Shown here: one piece after another, positions 39,030-51,824 of the stretch
Position numbering within the stretch: the first letter of the stretch is position 1
Layout: every line of letters begins with the position of its first letter
Program-made: the position numbers and the translations under genes
The notes under the pieces: model-generated
What the model was told of the DNA's origin: nothing
Databases searched by the model: none
Seen by the model: the letters and a program-made list of their open reading frames with translations, nothing else
DNA from: Rhynchobatus australiae
Lineage: Eukaryota
Assembly: GCA_034780895.1 (NCBI GenBank)
Contig: JAUZTB010000135.1
Coordinates: forward strand, 98,227,747-98,291,746
Reading direction: 5' to 3'
Length of the DNA stretch: 64,000 nt

Positions 39030-39815
39030 AATATCTGACAGTGGAGTATAATGTGGTGAGCTACAAAATAACTCCGTTTTTTAAAGAAGAATGAAAAGCA
39101 ATATTTTTATGGAAGATGAGAGACTAGCAAATATTGGTATGCAGATACATTTGGATGTTTTTGTAAATAGATCATGGAAAATTACATGGAAGTACAGAGA
39201 GCAAATGGTATGTTAGCTTTCATTCCAAAGGAGTTGGACTATAAGATGAAGGAATTTCTCCTACACTAATAATGGGGTTCAATGCAAGCACACCTGGAGG
39301 ACTGTGCCCAATCTCCTTACTTAAGGAAGGATTTCCTTGCCTTAGAGGGGGTGCATGAAAGGTTAACTGGACTGATCCTAGATTAGAGGGCTTTTCCATG
39401 AGCAGAGACTGAATACAATGGCCAACATTCTCTGGACTTCAGAAGGGTGAAAAGTGATCTCATTGAACCATATAACATTCTGAGAAGGCTTGACAGATTA
39501 GATGCTGAGAAGCCAGTTCACCTGGCTGAAAGGTTTTGAACGAGGGCTCATAGTTTTAGTGTGAGAGATTATCCATTTAGGGCTAAGGTGAGGAGAATCT
39601 CAGAAGGTTGTAAAGCTTTAGAATTCTGTACCACCAAAGGGCTGTAGATGTTCAGTTGCCATGTATATTCAAGTCAGAGATTAATGGGGTTTTGAGGAGA
39701 GAGTGATATAGTGAAAGGAGAGGAAAGTGTTGGTTTAAAACTGCAGCCATAATTTTATTAAATGGTAGAGCATTCACTGTGGGCTGAATTACTGACTCCT
39801 GCACCAACTTCTTAC
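39030..39815 (+). mobile_element. Degraded CR1-type LINE 3' part
   Basis: Decayed motifs RANGMLAFI, HLEDCAQ, RRVKSDLIEPYNILRRLDRLDAE, and a gggctgaattactgactcctg tail. Confidence 0.8.
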
Positions 39816-39819
39816 ATTT

Positions 39820-40250
39820 TTGTGCATTCTACTATCTGCAAGGCACGAGTTTGATGGAATACCGTCCACCTGCCTGGATGTGTAGAGTTCCAACTCGACC
39901 ATTCAATACCACCCAGAGCAAAGCATCTTTCTCAGTTGGCAACCTACCCTCCATTTCAACCATTCAATGCCTCCAACATCGGTGCATCATGCGGCAATGT
40001 GTGCCATTTATAAATTGTACAGCCATTCCTCAACAAGGCCCCTTCAACAGTACCTCTAAAAGTTTCCCTCCGAGCCACACATCCTCCTACTTAAAAATAT
40101 ACTTTGCTTTTCTTTTGTTGTTGCAGGGTTCAAATCCTGGAACTCCCAATGTAACATCACTCTGGAGCGATCTTCACCCAAAGGCAGCTCACCACCACAC
40201 TTTCACAGGTACTTAGGAGGGGATAATCAATTCTGCCCTTGTCTTCTTTA
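39820..40250 (+). mobile_element. Old CR1/L2-group LINE 3' end
   Basis: MEYRPPAWM..FNTTQSKA..TIQCLQHR resembles MEYSPLAWM..LDTIQDKA..SLHHR; 3' UTR caaaggcagctcaccaccac. Confidence 0.7.
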
Positions 40251-40399
40251 AAATAACAAAAAAGACAATCCGATCTATGTTATCACTTCTGCAGGACTGT
40301 ACACATCCTCTATTACATATTTAGTAACACATTGCCCTCCCCAATAAGTACTAGTGCATTCCCATTTGTGACCAACTGATCCCAAAAGGGGATAAACTT

Positions 40400-40900
40400 A
40401 AATTGGTAAATTAGTTTATTATTGTCACATGTGCCGAGTGCCAGTGAAAAACTTTGTTTTTCATTGATCCATACAGATCAATTCGTTGCACTGTGCATTG
40501 AGGTAGTACAAGGGAAAACAATAACAGAATGCAGAATAAAGTGTCACAGTTACAGAGAAAGTGCAGTGCNNNNNNNNNNNNNNNNNNNNNNNNNNNNNNN
40601 NNNNNNNNNNNNNNNNNNNNNNNNNNNNNNNNNNNNNNNNNNNNNNNNNNNNNNNNNNNNNNNNNNNNNAGAATGCAGAATAAAGTGTCACAGTTACAGA
40701 GAAAGTGCAGTGCAGGCAGACAATAAGGTGCATGGCCATAACGAAGTAGATTGTGAGGTCAAGAGTCCATCTTATCGTACTAGGGGCCAGTTCAATAGTC
40801 TTATATCAGCGGGATAGAAGCTGTCCTTGAGCCTGATGGTACGTGCTTTCAGGCTATTGTATCTTCTGTCTGATGGGAGGGGGGAGAAGAGACAATGTCT
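40400..40900 (-). mobile_element. Rex1/Babar-type LINE 3' end
   Basis: The minus strand encodes HCLFSPLPSDRRYNSLKARTIRLKDSFYPADIRLLN, followed by the 3' UTR and aaattggtaaatt terminus. Contains a 100-N gap with a 44-bp duplicated flank. Confidence 0.9.
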
Positions 40901-43390
40901 TAATGGGAATTAAGGGAAAAGTCATGTACTTCCTAGACACTGATTATCTACTTTCTCTTCAATCCAGGATTTTAATAACAGGAATCTATTAATGCTTTTC
41001 AGGATACAGCCACATGGTACAGTTCTGTTTCTTTTCAGGCTTTTNNNNNNNNNNAAGTTTCCCATTTATTTTCAGGTTTGTTTTATTTTCAGCCAAAAGA
41101 TAAGGGAGCTACCTCACCGACAATCATTCTGTCAGTGGGGATAGACCACTGAATACAAAGTGGTTTCCTCACCACCCACCTGCCCCTAAACCCATCTTGA
41201 AATTGAGAACATTGACCTGCATTACTGGAGGGTTGTGTTCAGATTCATCACACCTGCAGTAAATGCTGTGACAAGTTGTAGATTTGTCGAGTGCCATAAA
41301 AATTCCATAAAGTCAAATCAACGTGGATGCAAACTTGAAATAATAAAATTCCTAAGAAACCTCTGGTAATGATGAATTGTTCAATGATGACTCATACACA
41401 TTTAGATGGTGAACAAAGGTTGCAGGCATTCTAAAATTTGATCTCCATTTACCAGTACAAACTATCTGTGTTCTGCATTGACACCAGCACAAATCAGCTC
41501 CATCTCATGGGCATATCTCATGACTAGATGTACATGGATGCATGTCAGCAAAACTAACAGCAATGTCACAACCTTAATATCAGATGGTAAATTCTTCTTC
41601 CTTTCAATTACTATATTGTGTCCTGCTCTCCAACCTTTGCTGCAGCACATTATTTCTCTATTATACTGCACCTTTGGGACTTTGCCTACACTAGTTTTCT
41701 TCATGAAGACCCTGAAGTGTAGAATAGCACTACCCAGTCTGGCCTCCTCTCTACAGTGTTGCTCTCACAATAGCTTTTCTTTGTGTTGGCGCAATACCAC
41801 TAGAGGTAACCTAAAACCTTAGTTTACTTGTCTTCCTTCAAAAATTTCTTTACTGGAATTCATTTCACCCTGAGAGCTGGCATAGGATGCTGTGTAAATT
41901 TTAAAGGAAATACAGGAGGCTGGCAAATCACACTGTGCGTGCCTTCATCTCTTGCACCCTGTGATTGATTGACCAATGTAAGTCGACGATCTCAATTACA
42001 GCACAACATTCGTGGATTTGTCAAATATCACTTAAGACAGGCACAGTTGCAGTCATTTAATTCTCAATGTTGCTTTGCTACATATCAGGATTCTCCTACA
42101 TTTTTCATACTTTAAACAACAGCTTTAAGGAGAACTACAGGTACCACAAGGGAAATGTAAAATAAAACAGATGGACTCAAGATGCATTAACTTCACTGGT
42201 TGTTCTCAAATATCACGAATACCTTTACTTTGTTTTCTAGCTGATGAATGAGGACAATATTATGGTATGATGGATCTCTTCTAATTTTGTCAATTTATTG
42301 ATAGACAAGATCAGGGGCCATATTCTGGTGAAGGAATAATCATTATAATCATTTTCATTAGTAGAAGTTAATGAACATGACAAAGAAAGTGGTCATAACT
42401 TAATTCAGAGCCTGTAAAATACTGATGTAAATTGTGTATGGTATTATTGCTTGTGAGCTATATGTTTATGCTAAATTTAGTTTACAATTGGAAAATGTAT
42501 GTTTAACATAACTATTAAGTTTTATTTTAAGGAAGCAAGATACATCAATACCATGACAAAGTCAAATTATATTTTAATTTTAAATATTTAAAATTATATA
42601 TTTATGTGATAACTGTTACTTCAAATTACATTAATTTATATTTCATAGTGAGAAGAAATCAGCAAATGTGAATTCACTTCACCATTCATCCATGGTATCT
42701 GAAGATGGACATTCTCTTTCTTCTCTGCTTCTGATTTTTGGTTCTTTTTCCATGACCCTCAATCATCTGGACAAATAGACAATTGGATATTTAAAAATCA
42801 TCTTTCCTGCACTTATGCAATCATTGAGTTGAAATTTGGAGAGATCTACACATGTTCTTGTACTCCCCCCAACCCAATCTGAGAAGTGCTTGTTGGCTGC
42901 TAAGCACAGCAGTGGATGTTATAAGGCAATTAATGCATCATAACCTATGATCTGAGGATATTTGTGGGTAGCTACAATGTTAGTAGAGAACCAGATATTG
43001 TCACTAATTTAGAAAAAAATGCACCTCTAAAATATACTCCTGTCTAACTTCCAAAAGTAGTTCCCTTACAAAGAGCTTGAATCTGATATGAAAATACTCA
43101 TGGAATGATTAATAAGTTCAGTCACATTAGTTCTGTAACTTAGGGGATTAATCCTCATAGTTGCTTTCACATTGTAGGAACCTGGACAGGGTTTGCAGTG
43201 ATGGGAATTGCTGACAAACTGATTTCTTCGGTATTTTCTCTCTCTGCCTTTGCCCCATCTGCTTGTACCCTTCCAATTCAAAAAAAATGTCGGTGCAGAA
43301 AGGGACTTTTCTAACATTAGCTCATTAGAATTATATTATATTTTACTACTTAATGCCTCAATTCCTATCACTGTTACAATTAGTTAGATA

Positions 43391-43650
43391 TGGTAGTGTG
43401 GTAATTTTATTCCTGGATTTATGTCTATTGAGACCAGGATTATTCATCTAGTCAACATGGGTTACAAACCCAGCAGGAAAGTTTGAGGTTTCAGTTAAAA
43501 ATAAAATGGAGGGAAAAAGCTGGTGGCAGTAAAAGAGTGACTTTAGTATATTGTAGAAACCCAGTTTGTTTTCTAATGCCTTTTAGAGAAAAGAACATTT
43601 TGCTTTCAAACAATCTGACTCCAATCCACATCAGGATGGTTGACCCTGAA
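43391..43650 (+). mobile_element. Degenerate tRNA-derived SINE
   Basis: A-box-like tggtagtgtggt, B-box-like gggttacaaaccc and body motif aaacccagtttgttttctaatgccttttagagaa. A possibly related reverse copy lies at ~37030-37230. Confidence 0.4.
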
Positions 43651-44164
43651 TAGATCTGTGGCTTGCTGGGCAACTTCCAAGGAGTGGTGTTCCCCATGAT
43701 TTTGCTGCCTTNNNNNNNNNNNNNNNNNNNNNNNNNNNNNNNNNNNNNNNNNNNNNNNNNNNNNNNNNNNNNNNNNNNNNNNNNNNNNNNNNNNNNNNNN
43801 NNNNNNNNNNNNNNNNNNNNNNNNNNNNNNNNNNNNNNNNNNNNNNNNNNNNNNNNNNNNNNNNNNNNNNNNNNNNNNNNNNNNNNNNNNNNNNNNNNNN
43901 NNNNNNNNNNNNNNNNNNNNNNNNNNNNNNNNNNNNNNNNNNNNNNNNNNNNNNNNNNNNNNNNNNNNNNNNNNNNNNNNNNNNNNNNNNNNNNNNNNNN
44001 NNNNNNNNNNNNNNNNNNNNNNNNNNNNNNNNNNNNNNNNNNNNNNNNNNNNNNNNNNNNNNNNNNNNNNNNNNNNNNNNNNNNNNNNNNNNNNNNNNNN
44101 NNNNNNNNNNNNNNNNNNNNGGAGTGATTAATGAACACCAGCTGCTCAGCCATAAGAGCATATA

Positions 44165-44445
44165 GAGATATAGAGGCAGAATTAGGCCATTTGGCCCATC
44201 GAGTCTGCTCCACCATTTAATCATGGCTGATTTTATTTCAACCCCATTCTCCTGCCTTCTTTCCATCCCCCTTGACCCCTTTACCAATCAAGAACCTATC
44301 AACCTCTGCCTTAAATATATCCCACAGATTCACCGCCCCCTGGCTGAAGAAATTCCACCTCACCTCGGTTCTAAGGGCACATCCCTTTATTCTGAGGCCT
44401 TTCAGTATTCGGTAGGTTTCAATGAGATCCCCCCTCATTTGCATT
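44165..44445 (-). mobile_element. CR1-type LINE 3' end with internal deletions
   Basis: ORF 44238-44450 reads MRGDLIETYRILKGL..RTEVRWNFFSQGAVNLW..FKAEVDRFL, followed by a gatgggccaaatggcctaattctg tail. Confidence 0.88.
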
Positions 44446-44984
44446 TCCATACCTCGTGGATAAGTAAAGAGAAACCCTCAGTTTGAAGTTCTTTTGACCA
44501 AAACATGCTCACTAGACTTTTCTGTATGTGATACTATAAATACTGAAGTATGCAACAATAAAACCATCTGCATTTGTTTTAGGTCACACTTTGTTCAGCT
44601 TCTTGAGTATTTCTTCACATGATCATAAAGCAGATCTTTAAAGAGCTTTCTCAGCACAACCTATCGTTCAGCTTGTGTTTTAACTGTCAATTCATCCTCT
44701 ATCTACCCAAGCTGTAATTGTGCCAGATCCAGTTGGCCTCGTCCCACCACTGGAATTGTTGCCCCTGGTCCCCCTTCCTCTTGTTCTCACCCAGCTGGGT
44801 GCAGTGGGCCAATCTTGCTGGTCTGAAGCATCCTGAATTGCTGTGATGTGGTCCGGACAATGGTAAGCCTCTGGCAGGCATCCTGCCCATGAAATTGCCC
44901 TGAAAGCATTGATGGCTGACAAGGCCCAACCCAGCTTTGCTGGCTGTCAAAACAGTGACATTCAGATACCTGTAAAATTGGAAC

Positions 44985-45195
44985 TTGGAACTTCCCAACG
45001 TACATTACAACCAATTAAATATTTCTTCAAATGTAGTCGCTGTTTGAGTATTAGAAAGCTGGCAGCCAATATATGCTGAGGCACCTTCCATGAACATCAA
45101 TATTTTTATGACCAGATATTCTGGTTTTCATGGTATTGGCTGGAGGAAAGTTCTGGGGGCGCAAATGGGGAGAAGTCCCCTATCCCCTACTCCCA
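44985..45195 (-). mobile_element. DeuSINE fragment
   Basis: tacaaccaattaaata..aatgtagtcgctgtt..ggcagccaat..atgaccagatattctggtttt..ggggagaagtcccct is colinear with 14150-14330. Confidence 0.55.
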
Positions 45196-46639
45196 TATTC
45201 TGCTGGATAGACACACCAGCAGGCAGGGACCAGAGGGACATGTACCATGTGCAGGCAGATGAGATTAGTTAACTTGGATCATGGTCATCACAGACATGTT
45301 AGGCCAAAGAGCCTGTTCATGTGCTATACTTTCCTGTATTCTATAAATATTTATAAGAAAATTAAGCAAATAAAGTTAACACTTTGCACTTAGTTTTGTT
45401 CCAAAATGATTAAGCCAAAGAAAGAAAATATACAAATGTAACTTGCCTTCTCCGATGCCTCCTGATCCACGGCCTTACAATCCCCACCTTTAATCCATTG
45501 GAGCCAAGTGGCCATGCCCCTGCATAATGCTGGGGTATCTCAGAAAGACTGAGCTCTGCGACCTGCCTACCAAATCTGTCACTAGGTCCAGGGCTACTGT
45601 GTCTGGGAATGCATGTGCACAAGGCCCTGATTTATTGCCACTTAAATGGGCAAATGGCAACGTCAAACAGTGAGATCCACCCCTTGTTTATACAATAGTC
45701 TTTGTGAGCAGAAGAGCACAGCTGTGACTACTACCCAAAAGTCTGGAGGCTTTTTGAAGAAAGACATCCTGCAACTGAAAATAAATGTTTAAAACAAGAT
45801 TTTATTGGGGAGGATTGTGCTTTACACTTTATGTAAGAGTACTGGGAAAACAATTCCTTGTTTTCTCGGAACAGGAAAAATCTGTGGATAATAGGCATAC
45901 AGTAGGTTGTTTTATGGGGAAAGTGTGCCAGGAAAAGGACACTGTTAGAGGTGATCCCTGCTTGCCAAGGCAAAAATAGTCTTCCAAAATATCTAATACA
46001 GGCTATAATTTGTGATGAGAAACATTGTTTAAATCGTTAACATTTGTGGAAGTAGTTTCGTAATATAAAATAGCTTAGAAAATTGATCTCTTTGTCTATG
46101 ACTTTTCAGGCATGTTGTGATGGTGGTATAACATGTATTTTGGATAAATGCTTAATCATTAAGGGTGAACCTTGTATATGTTTTTTGATTTCATATCTTG
46201 AACCCTAATGCCCTATTTTGTTGGGACTAATACAAAACAAGTGGTCTTCCTGCACAGATAGGGGCAATGAGAACACCCATTCCCATCTCCTTGGCAAGAC
46301 CAGGTTTTCTTCATACCTGCTGTGGACAAGAGCTCTACCTCCTTTCAAGGTGCTAAATATCATGTATTCCTGTCCCTTTCCTTACTCTTTACAGGAAGTC
46401 AAAGATTAGACGCAGAGATTAATTGGCCTAAATAAGTGATCATCCATGTAAAACATCCATGATTGCTTTTATCACTAGGTCATGTTTCAAATGATCCTCT
46501 ATTACATTAAAAGGCTGAAAAAGAAATAAATATCTGTTTATAGCTGTCTATAGCATACCACTCAGACTTCCTCAGCAGACAAATGTGCAATGTACAAAAA
46601 CTGCAGAGAAACAGGCAAGGAAACAAGGAAAAGGAATAA

Positions 46640-46731
46640 CGAGGTGGTGTTCATGGGTCATGGACCATTCAGAAATCTGATGGCGGAGGGGAAGAAGCTG
46701 TTCCTGAATCATTGAGTGTGGGTCTTCAGGC
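46640..46731 (-). mobile_element. Rex1/Babar-type LINE 3' part running into a gap
   Basis: The minus strand encodes LKTHTQ*FRNSFFPSAIRFLNG. Confidence 0.8.
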
Positions 46732-47348
46732 NNNNNNNNNNNNNNNNNNNNNNNNNNNNNNNNNNNNNNNNNNNNNNNNNNNNNNNNNNNNNNNNNNNNN
46801 NNNNNNNNNNNNNNNNNNNNNNNNNNNNNNNNNNNNNNNNNNNNNNNNNNNNNNNNNNNNNNNNNNNNNNNNNNNNNNNNNNNNNNNNNNNNNNNNNNNN
46901 NNNNNNNNNNNNNNNNNNNNNNNNNNNNNNNNNNNNNNNNNNNNNNNNNNNNNNNNNNNNNNNNNNNNNNNNNNNNNNNNNNNNNNNNNNNNNNNNNNNN
47001 NNNNNNNNNNNNNNNNNNNNNNNNNNNNNNNNNNNNNNNNNNNNNNNNNNNNNNNNNNNNNNNNNNNNNNNNNNNNNNNNNNNNNNNNNNNNNNNNNNNN
47101 NNNNNNNNNNNNNNNNNNNNNNNNNNNNNNNNNNNNNNNNNNNNNNNNNNNNNNNNNNNNNNNNNNNNNNNNNNNNNNNNNNNNNNNNNNNNNNNNNNNN
47201 NNNNNNNNNNNNNNNNNNNNNNNNNNNNNNNNNNNNNNNNNNNNNNNNNNNNNNNNNNNNNNNNNNNNNNNNNNNNNNNNNNNNNNNNNNNNNNNNNNNN
47301 NNNNNNNNNNNNNNNNNNNNNNNNNNNNNNNNNNNNNNNNNNNNNNNN

Positions 47349-47632
47349 GTGAGAAACTTTTCCCTACAGCAGAGGTAGGAGTAAAAGCTTTACAGGAGAT
47401 CTGAAGAAGATTATTCTTCATTCAGAAAGCAGATGGAGTCTGGAATTGTCTTCCTGGGGGGGTGGTTGAGGTAGAGACTCTCACAACATTTAAGAAATAT
47501 GTCGACAACCACTTGAATCAGCAAGGCAAAGAGGGCTTTGTTCCAAGTGCTAATAACTGGGATTAGTATAGATATGAACTTGATGGTCAGCATGGAACAC
47601 GGTGGGTCGAAGGGTCTGGTTCTGAACTCTAT
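47349..47632 (+). mobile_element. Degraded CR1-type LINE 3' end
   Basis: tctggaattgtcttcctgggggggtggttgaggtagagactctcacaacatttaagaaatat (VWNCLPG.VVEVETLTTFKKY) and a gggtcgaagggtctggttctg tail. Confidence 0.75.
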
Positions 47633-48955
47633 GACGACGAATGAGTGGGTGTTAAGATCCTTCTGGTTGGATGAGTTATCATCAGCAGAATGCCTTCCTC
47701 AGCTGTTATTATACTCTGGCCCTGTAAACATTCAGAGATTTCCGGTCCTGCTGTTTACAAATCACAGTGTACCCCCACGCTGCGGCAACTCGGATAATGG
47801 AAATTTGCCCTTAGGGAATTCACAAACCACTATCAAAACATTTCGATAAGGAGTAAAAATGTGCTCATACAGAATTTATGTGAGGAAAAGTAACTAAATA
47901 AACAGAAAATGTGCAAGAAACAATAAATTTTGTCAATATTTGTTAAAGTTTCCATTACAGAAAATAGCAATATGGATGGTTTTCTCAGAACACAACCCCT
48001 CGCTGACACAAAGGTGTACTGTATCACCAGCTTTTACAGTGAGGCTGAAGATATTTTCATTTGTACGTTCTATTTCAACAAACTTCAGAAAAATGTTTTG
48101 CCTATCAGCAGTGTCAGCATTAGTGCTAGCACACACACAGGGAGTTCACCATTCTTCAGGATTCTTGTTTTGTTCCCCATCCCACAACTGACGTTCCTCC
48201 CTTGAACTCATTGTATAATATAGGACCTGGATTATGAGTTAGGCTTGTTTTGCAGGTCAATCCTTCACAAGGAAGGAAACCATAGAATCCCAATCATCTT
48301 CCAATTTGCTTTTAGTTGAAAAACTTTACCCCGAGAGAATGCTGTTACCGCTGGGGAATATTCTCACACATTGGAATTAAGAGGGAAATTGCTCCTGTCT
48401 TATGAAGATAGAACATCCCCTACAATGAATGATTATGGGAGGATGTGATTTATGTATTTTGGTGGAACGGTGGAGAATTATATGGAACTAGCAACACTGA
48501 AACAGGCCATTTTGCTCAGGCCACTGCTACACTGCAGACACAAAGGCCACTGCTGGTTCCCCCTGGGTAGTCTCAGATCTCAACCAGTCCTCCCCTCCCA
48601 CACCAACTAGGACGGTTCACAGGTCTGCTGGCAAAGCGGCAACTCAAAATCCAAGATCAATTTATCACCAAATTGCCAAGGGCAATTTGCTTCATTGCAA
48701 TGAGGCCCTGGGCTTTGTGTCGGATGTCAGTCATGCCTGACTATTCTAAAGCTGGCACTGGAGCAGGGAAGCAGGCATGACTCCGTTGTTGGTTTAGGGA
48801 GTTCTCGAGTTAGTAGTGGGAGACCAAGTGGAACTTTGAGACCTTTTAGAGTGCATACAATATAGTTAATTAATTGGTCTTCAATGCTGACAGTTCACTT
48901 TGCAAGGGACTTTATTGGTGAACAATTCACAGAAATAGATCAGCCCCATACTCAC

Positions 48956-49042
48956 CTTCCTTCTCCAGGGGAGTTTGAGGGACCAAGACGTTTACCGCAC
49001 ATAGCAAAAGGTTAGCATTTAGTAAAGAGAGCACAACTTCAC
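48956..49042 (-). other. Candidate 87-nt frame-preserving exon
   Basis: Acceptor ttaatactttccaaacacag|G and consensus donor AAG|gtgagt; one open frame (EVVLSLLNANLLLCAVNVLVPQTPLEKE). No homologue recognised. Confidence 0.2.
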
Positions 49043-51608
49043 CTGTGTTTGGAAAGTATTAATATATGACTTCTCATCTCAAAATCTTTCACTTCCACAC
49101 TGTGTGTTGTCACTCTCAGTCGAACAGCCTCTGTTGTGCAACAAAATCAGAGGGAAAAGAATCGATCCTTTCTCCTTCTGTAGAAACGCACAAGATTCAA
49201 ACATACATTTATTTGGTATTTACATGGCAATGATATTCAGTGCATGACTGCACAGCAGAAGGATTACACGTTAAACTAAAATAAATGCATTAATGGACAT
49301 GAGTTTCCCAACAAAAAAACTTTGAATAATTTTCTGTTTTCTGCCAAGTAGCATGGCGGTAATTTCTAGGCTATCCTGGAAGTTTATTCTGAAATGATTC
49401 TTGCAGCTGGGAGCAGAGATGATGAAGAGTTGGAGGATACTATTTCAGAGCAGGACCAGGATATGTCTGAGGTGGAAGAAAGGAAGTTTGAAAATGCTGA
49501 CTGCTTGACGAATCTCACAGCAAGAGCAAAAGCACCATTTCCAAAGAGAGTCACATATTTTGGTGGAATAAATATAGACCGTCCTGATTTTCAGGGTCTT
49601 AGAATATGTGGAACCCCAAATATATTGCGCATTAGCCCCCTGAGCTGTTGATCTGGTTTGAATGGTACAAGATAAATAATCAGAAAAACTTTATACTTTA
49701 NNNNNNNNNNNNNNNNNNNNNNNNNNNNNNNNGATTGCAATCTTTAGGTGAAACAATAAAAAGTATTGAAGTCAAGATTTAAGAGGGAGATCCACATGGA
49801 AGTAAACTCAACTTTAATTTATTTACTATCTTTTGAGTCATTTTATGGAGCTGGAGAACATGAAAGCAATCTGAGGACCTGCAGTATTTCATCCTGACCC
49901 TGCAGTGTTCAGGAAGGCAATGTCTATTTCCTGCACAAAACCTCAATTTCAAATTACTGTTCACATTTGATTTGCATCTAAAATTTTTATTTAAAAGAGC
50001 ACTTCCACTCTTACCAAAATGGCTGGCAGATTGCAAGTATTGTCATATATACCCCTGGACTTCACAAACAAGTTAAACCCCTAGTGGCCAGAGGTGATGA
50101 TATAAGCATCGCTAAGGTTCCATACTTGCAATTCCATTAGGGAAATAAACTACAATTGCCAGACGGCGCAGATTTTAAAGGTGACGCATTAAATTTCTGA
50201 TGAGTTTTTTTTTGTGCCCAGCCCATAATACTTTGATGACTGCATTTCTCTTTCATAGCAATTATGTATGTTGCACCTTTCAACAATTCAACAGCAACTT
50301 GCAGTCCAAGTTACATTGACCACAGCAAATTAATATAGAGAATTTCTAGGCCATTTTCCAATTGGAATAAGCAATGGAGTTTCTTTATTCAGCCTGGGAC
50401 ATGGCTAGAAGTGAAATGTATTAGACCTTGGAATCTTTTTTTATTTGAAACAAAATGGCGCACAAAGCAGTACTTGATGTTAGTTAGACTTGTCCCTTCC
50501 TGTCTGATGTAAACATGCTGGAAGTGTGAGATGCAAACAGAGCATCTGGGATCTGAGTGAACAGAGAAAGCACTGTGTATCTCCTGAATCAATCAGACTG
50601 CAGGATTTGAAATTAATAGTGCAAATTTGAAAAGAAACTTGATAAGTGAATCAGAATGATGAATTCAATTGTTAAATCTGGCATGGGCAGTGTAATAAAG
50701 CAAGGGAAAGAAAATGGGATTTTAAGAAAAAAGGGACAAAATAGTTAAAAAGGAATGGGACTCCACATGATTGAATTCTGAGCCAGAGGGATTGGCTGAC
50801 AATAATTAACACTTAACACAAGTTGAAAGGATTTTTAGATTTGATTTAACTTTCTGCAGCATTGCAAGTACAGGAATTTCAGGACACTCTACGTAGTTGA
50901 ATAGTGAGACAGNNNNNNNNNNCAGATAGTGTGATGCAATTTTCCCAAAGCAACATGTGAACAATACAAGTCCAATAACAGCTTTTCTATTCCTGCATTT
51001 AATTGCTCATCTGAGTGTGCCTGAATTTGTAATGTGCAGTTGCACACAAATAACTGAGTACTATTAACCTCATCATTACAGTTATTTTTTGGCCTATAAG
51101 GTTGAAGTATCATGAAAGTGACTGTTAGAAACGTAGAGATGTTGTGATTCAACACCTCATGTAGAGGTCAATGGGCAGCATAATCCATTACACTCTGAAC
51201 ATAATGGAAGACAAATTTCTCCCCCATATCTCTTATATGATAGAGAAAAGCAAGAGTATTAAAGGACAAAAAGAATCTTACNNNNNNNNNNNNNNNNNNN
51301 NNNNNNNNNNNNNNNNNNNNNNNNNNNNNNNNNNNNNNNNNNNNNNNNNNNNNNNNNNNNNNNNNNNNNNNNNNNNNNNNNNNNNNNNNNNNNNNNNNNN
51401 NNNNNNNNNNNNNNNNNNNNNNNNNNNNNNNNNNNNNNNNNNNNNNNNNNNNNNNNNNNNTAAATGTTCTCAATATGAGCTCTCCTTATAAAAATAAATG
51501 CCTCTTGTAGGAAAATAATGGAAATACACAAAAGGACTATCATGTTGTCTTGGTAAGAACAGTTCCTTGCTAAGAAAGTTAAAGATGGATATTTGAAGTA
51601 GAGATATA

Positions 51609-51824
51609 CAGGAATTCCTTGATTTATGAATGTTCTATTTACACATTTTCACAAATAACAACTTTGACTTTTTAGGGTACGTCTCTGACTTATGAATCTA
51701 TTTCTCACCGTAATAAATGGTGCACCACTCTGTACCAAATATCCAGAATATATTTCATCCAGCCTTTTCACTTCTCAAAATGTCATTTAACAATCCTCCC
51801 CATTCATAACTTGAGGAATATCTG
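51609..51824. mobile_element. Tigger/pogo-like MITE
   Basis: Imperfect ~22-bp terminal inverted repeats caggaattccttgatttatgaa / ttcataacttgaggaatatctg, with TA on the left flank and TG on the right; 216 bp, non-coding. Confidence 0.55.
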
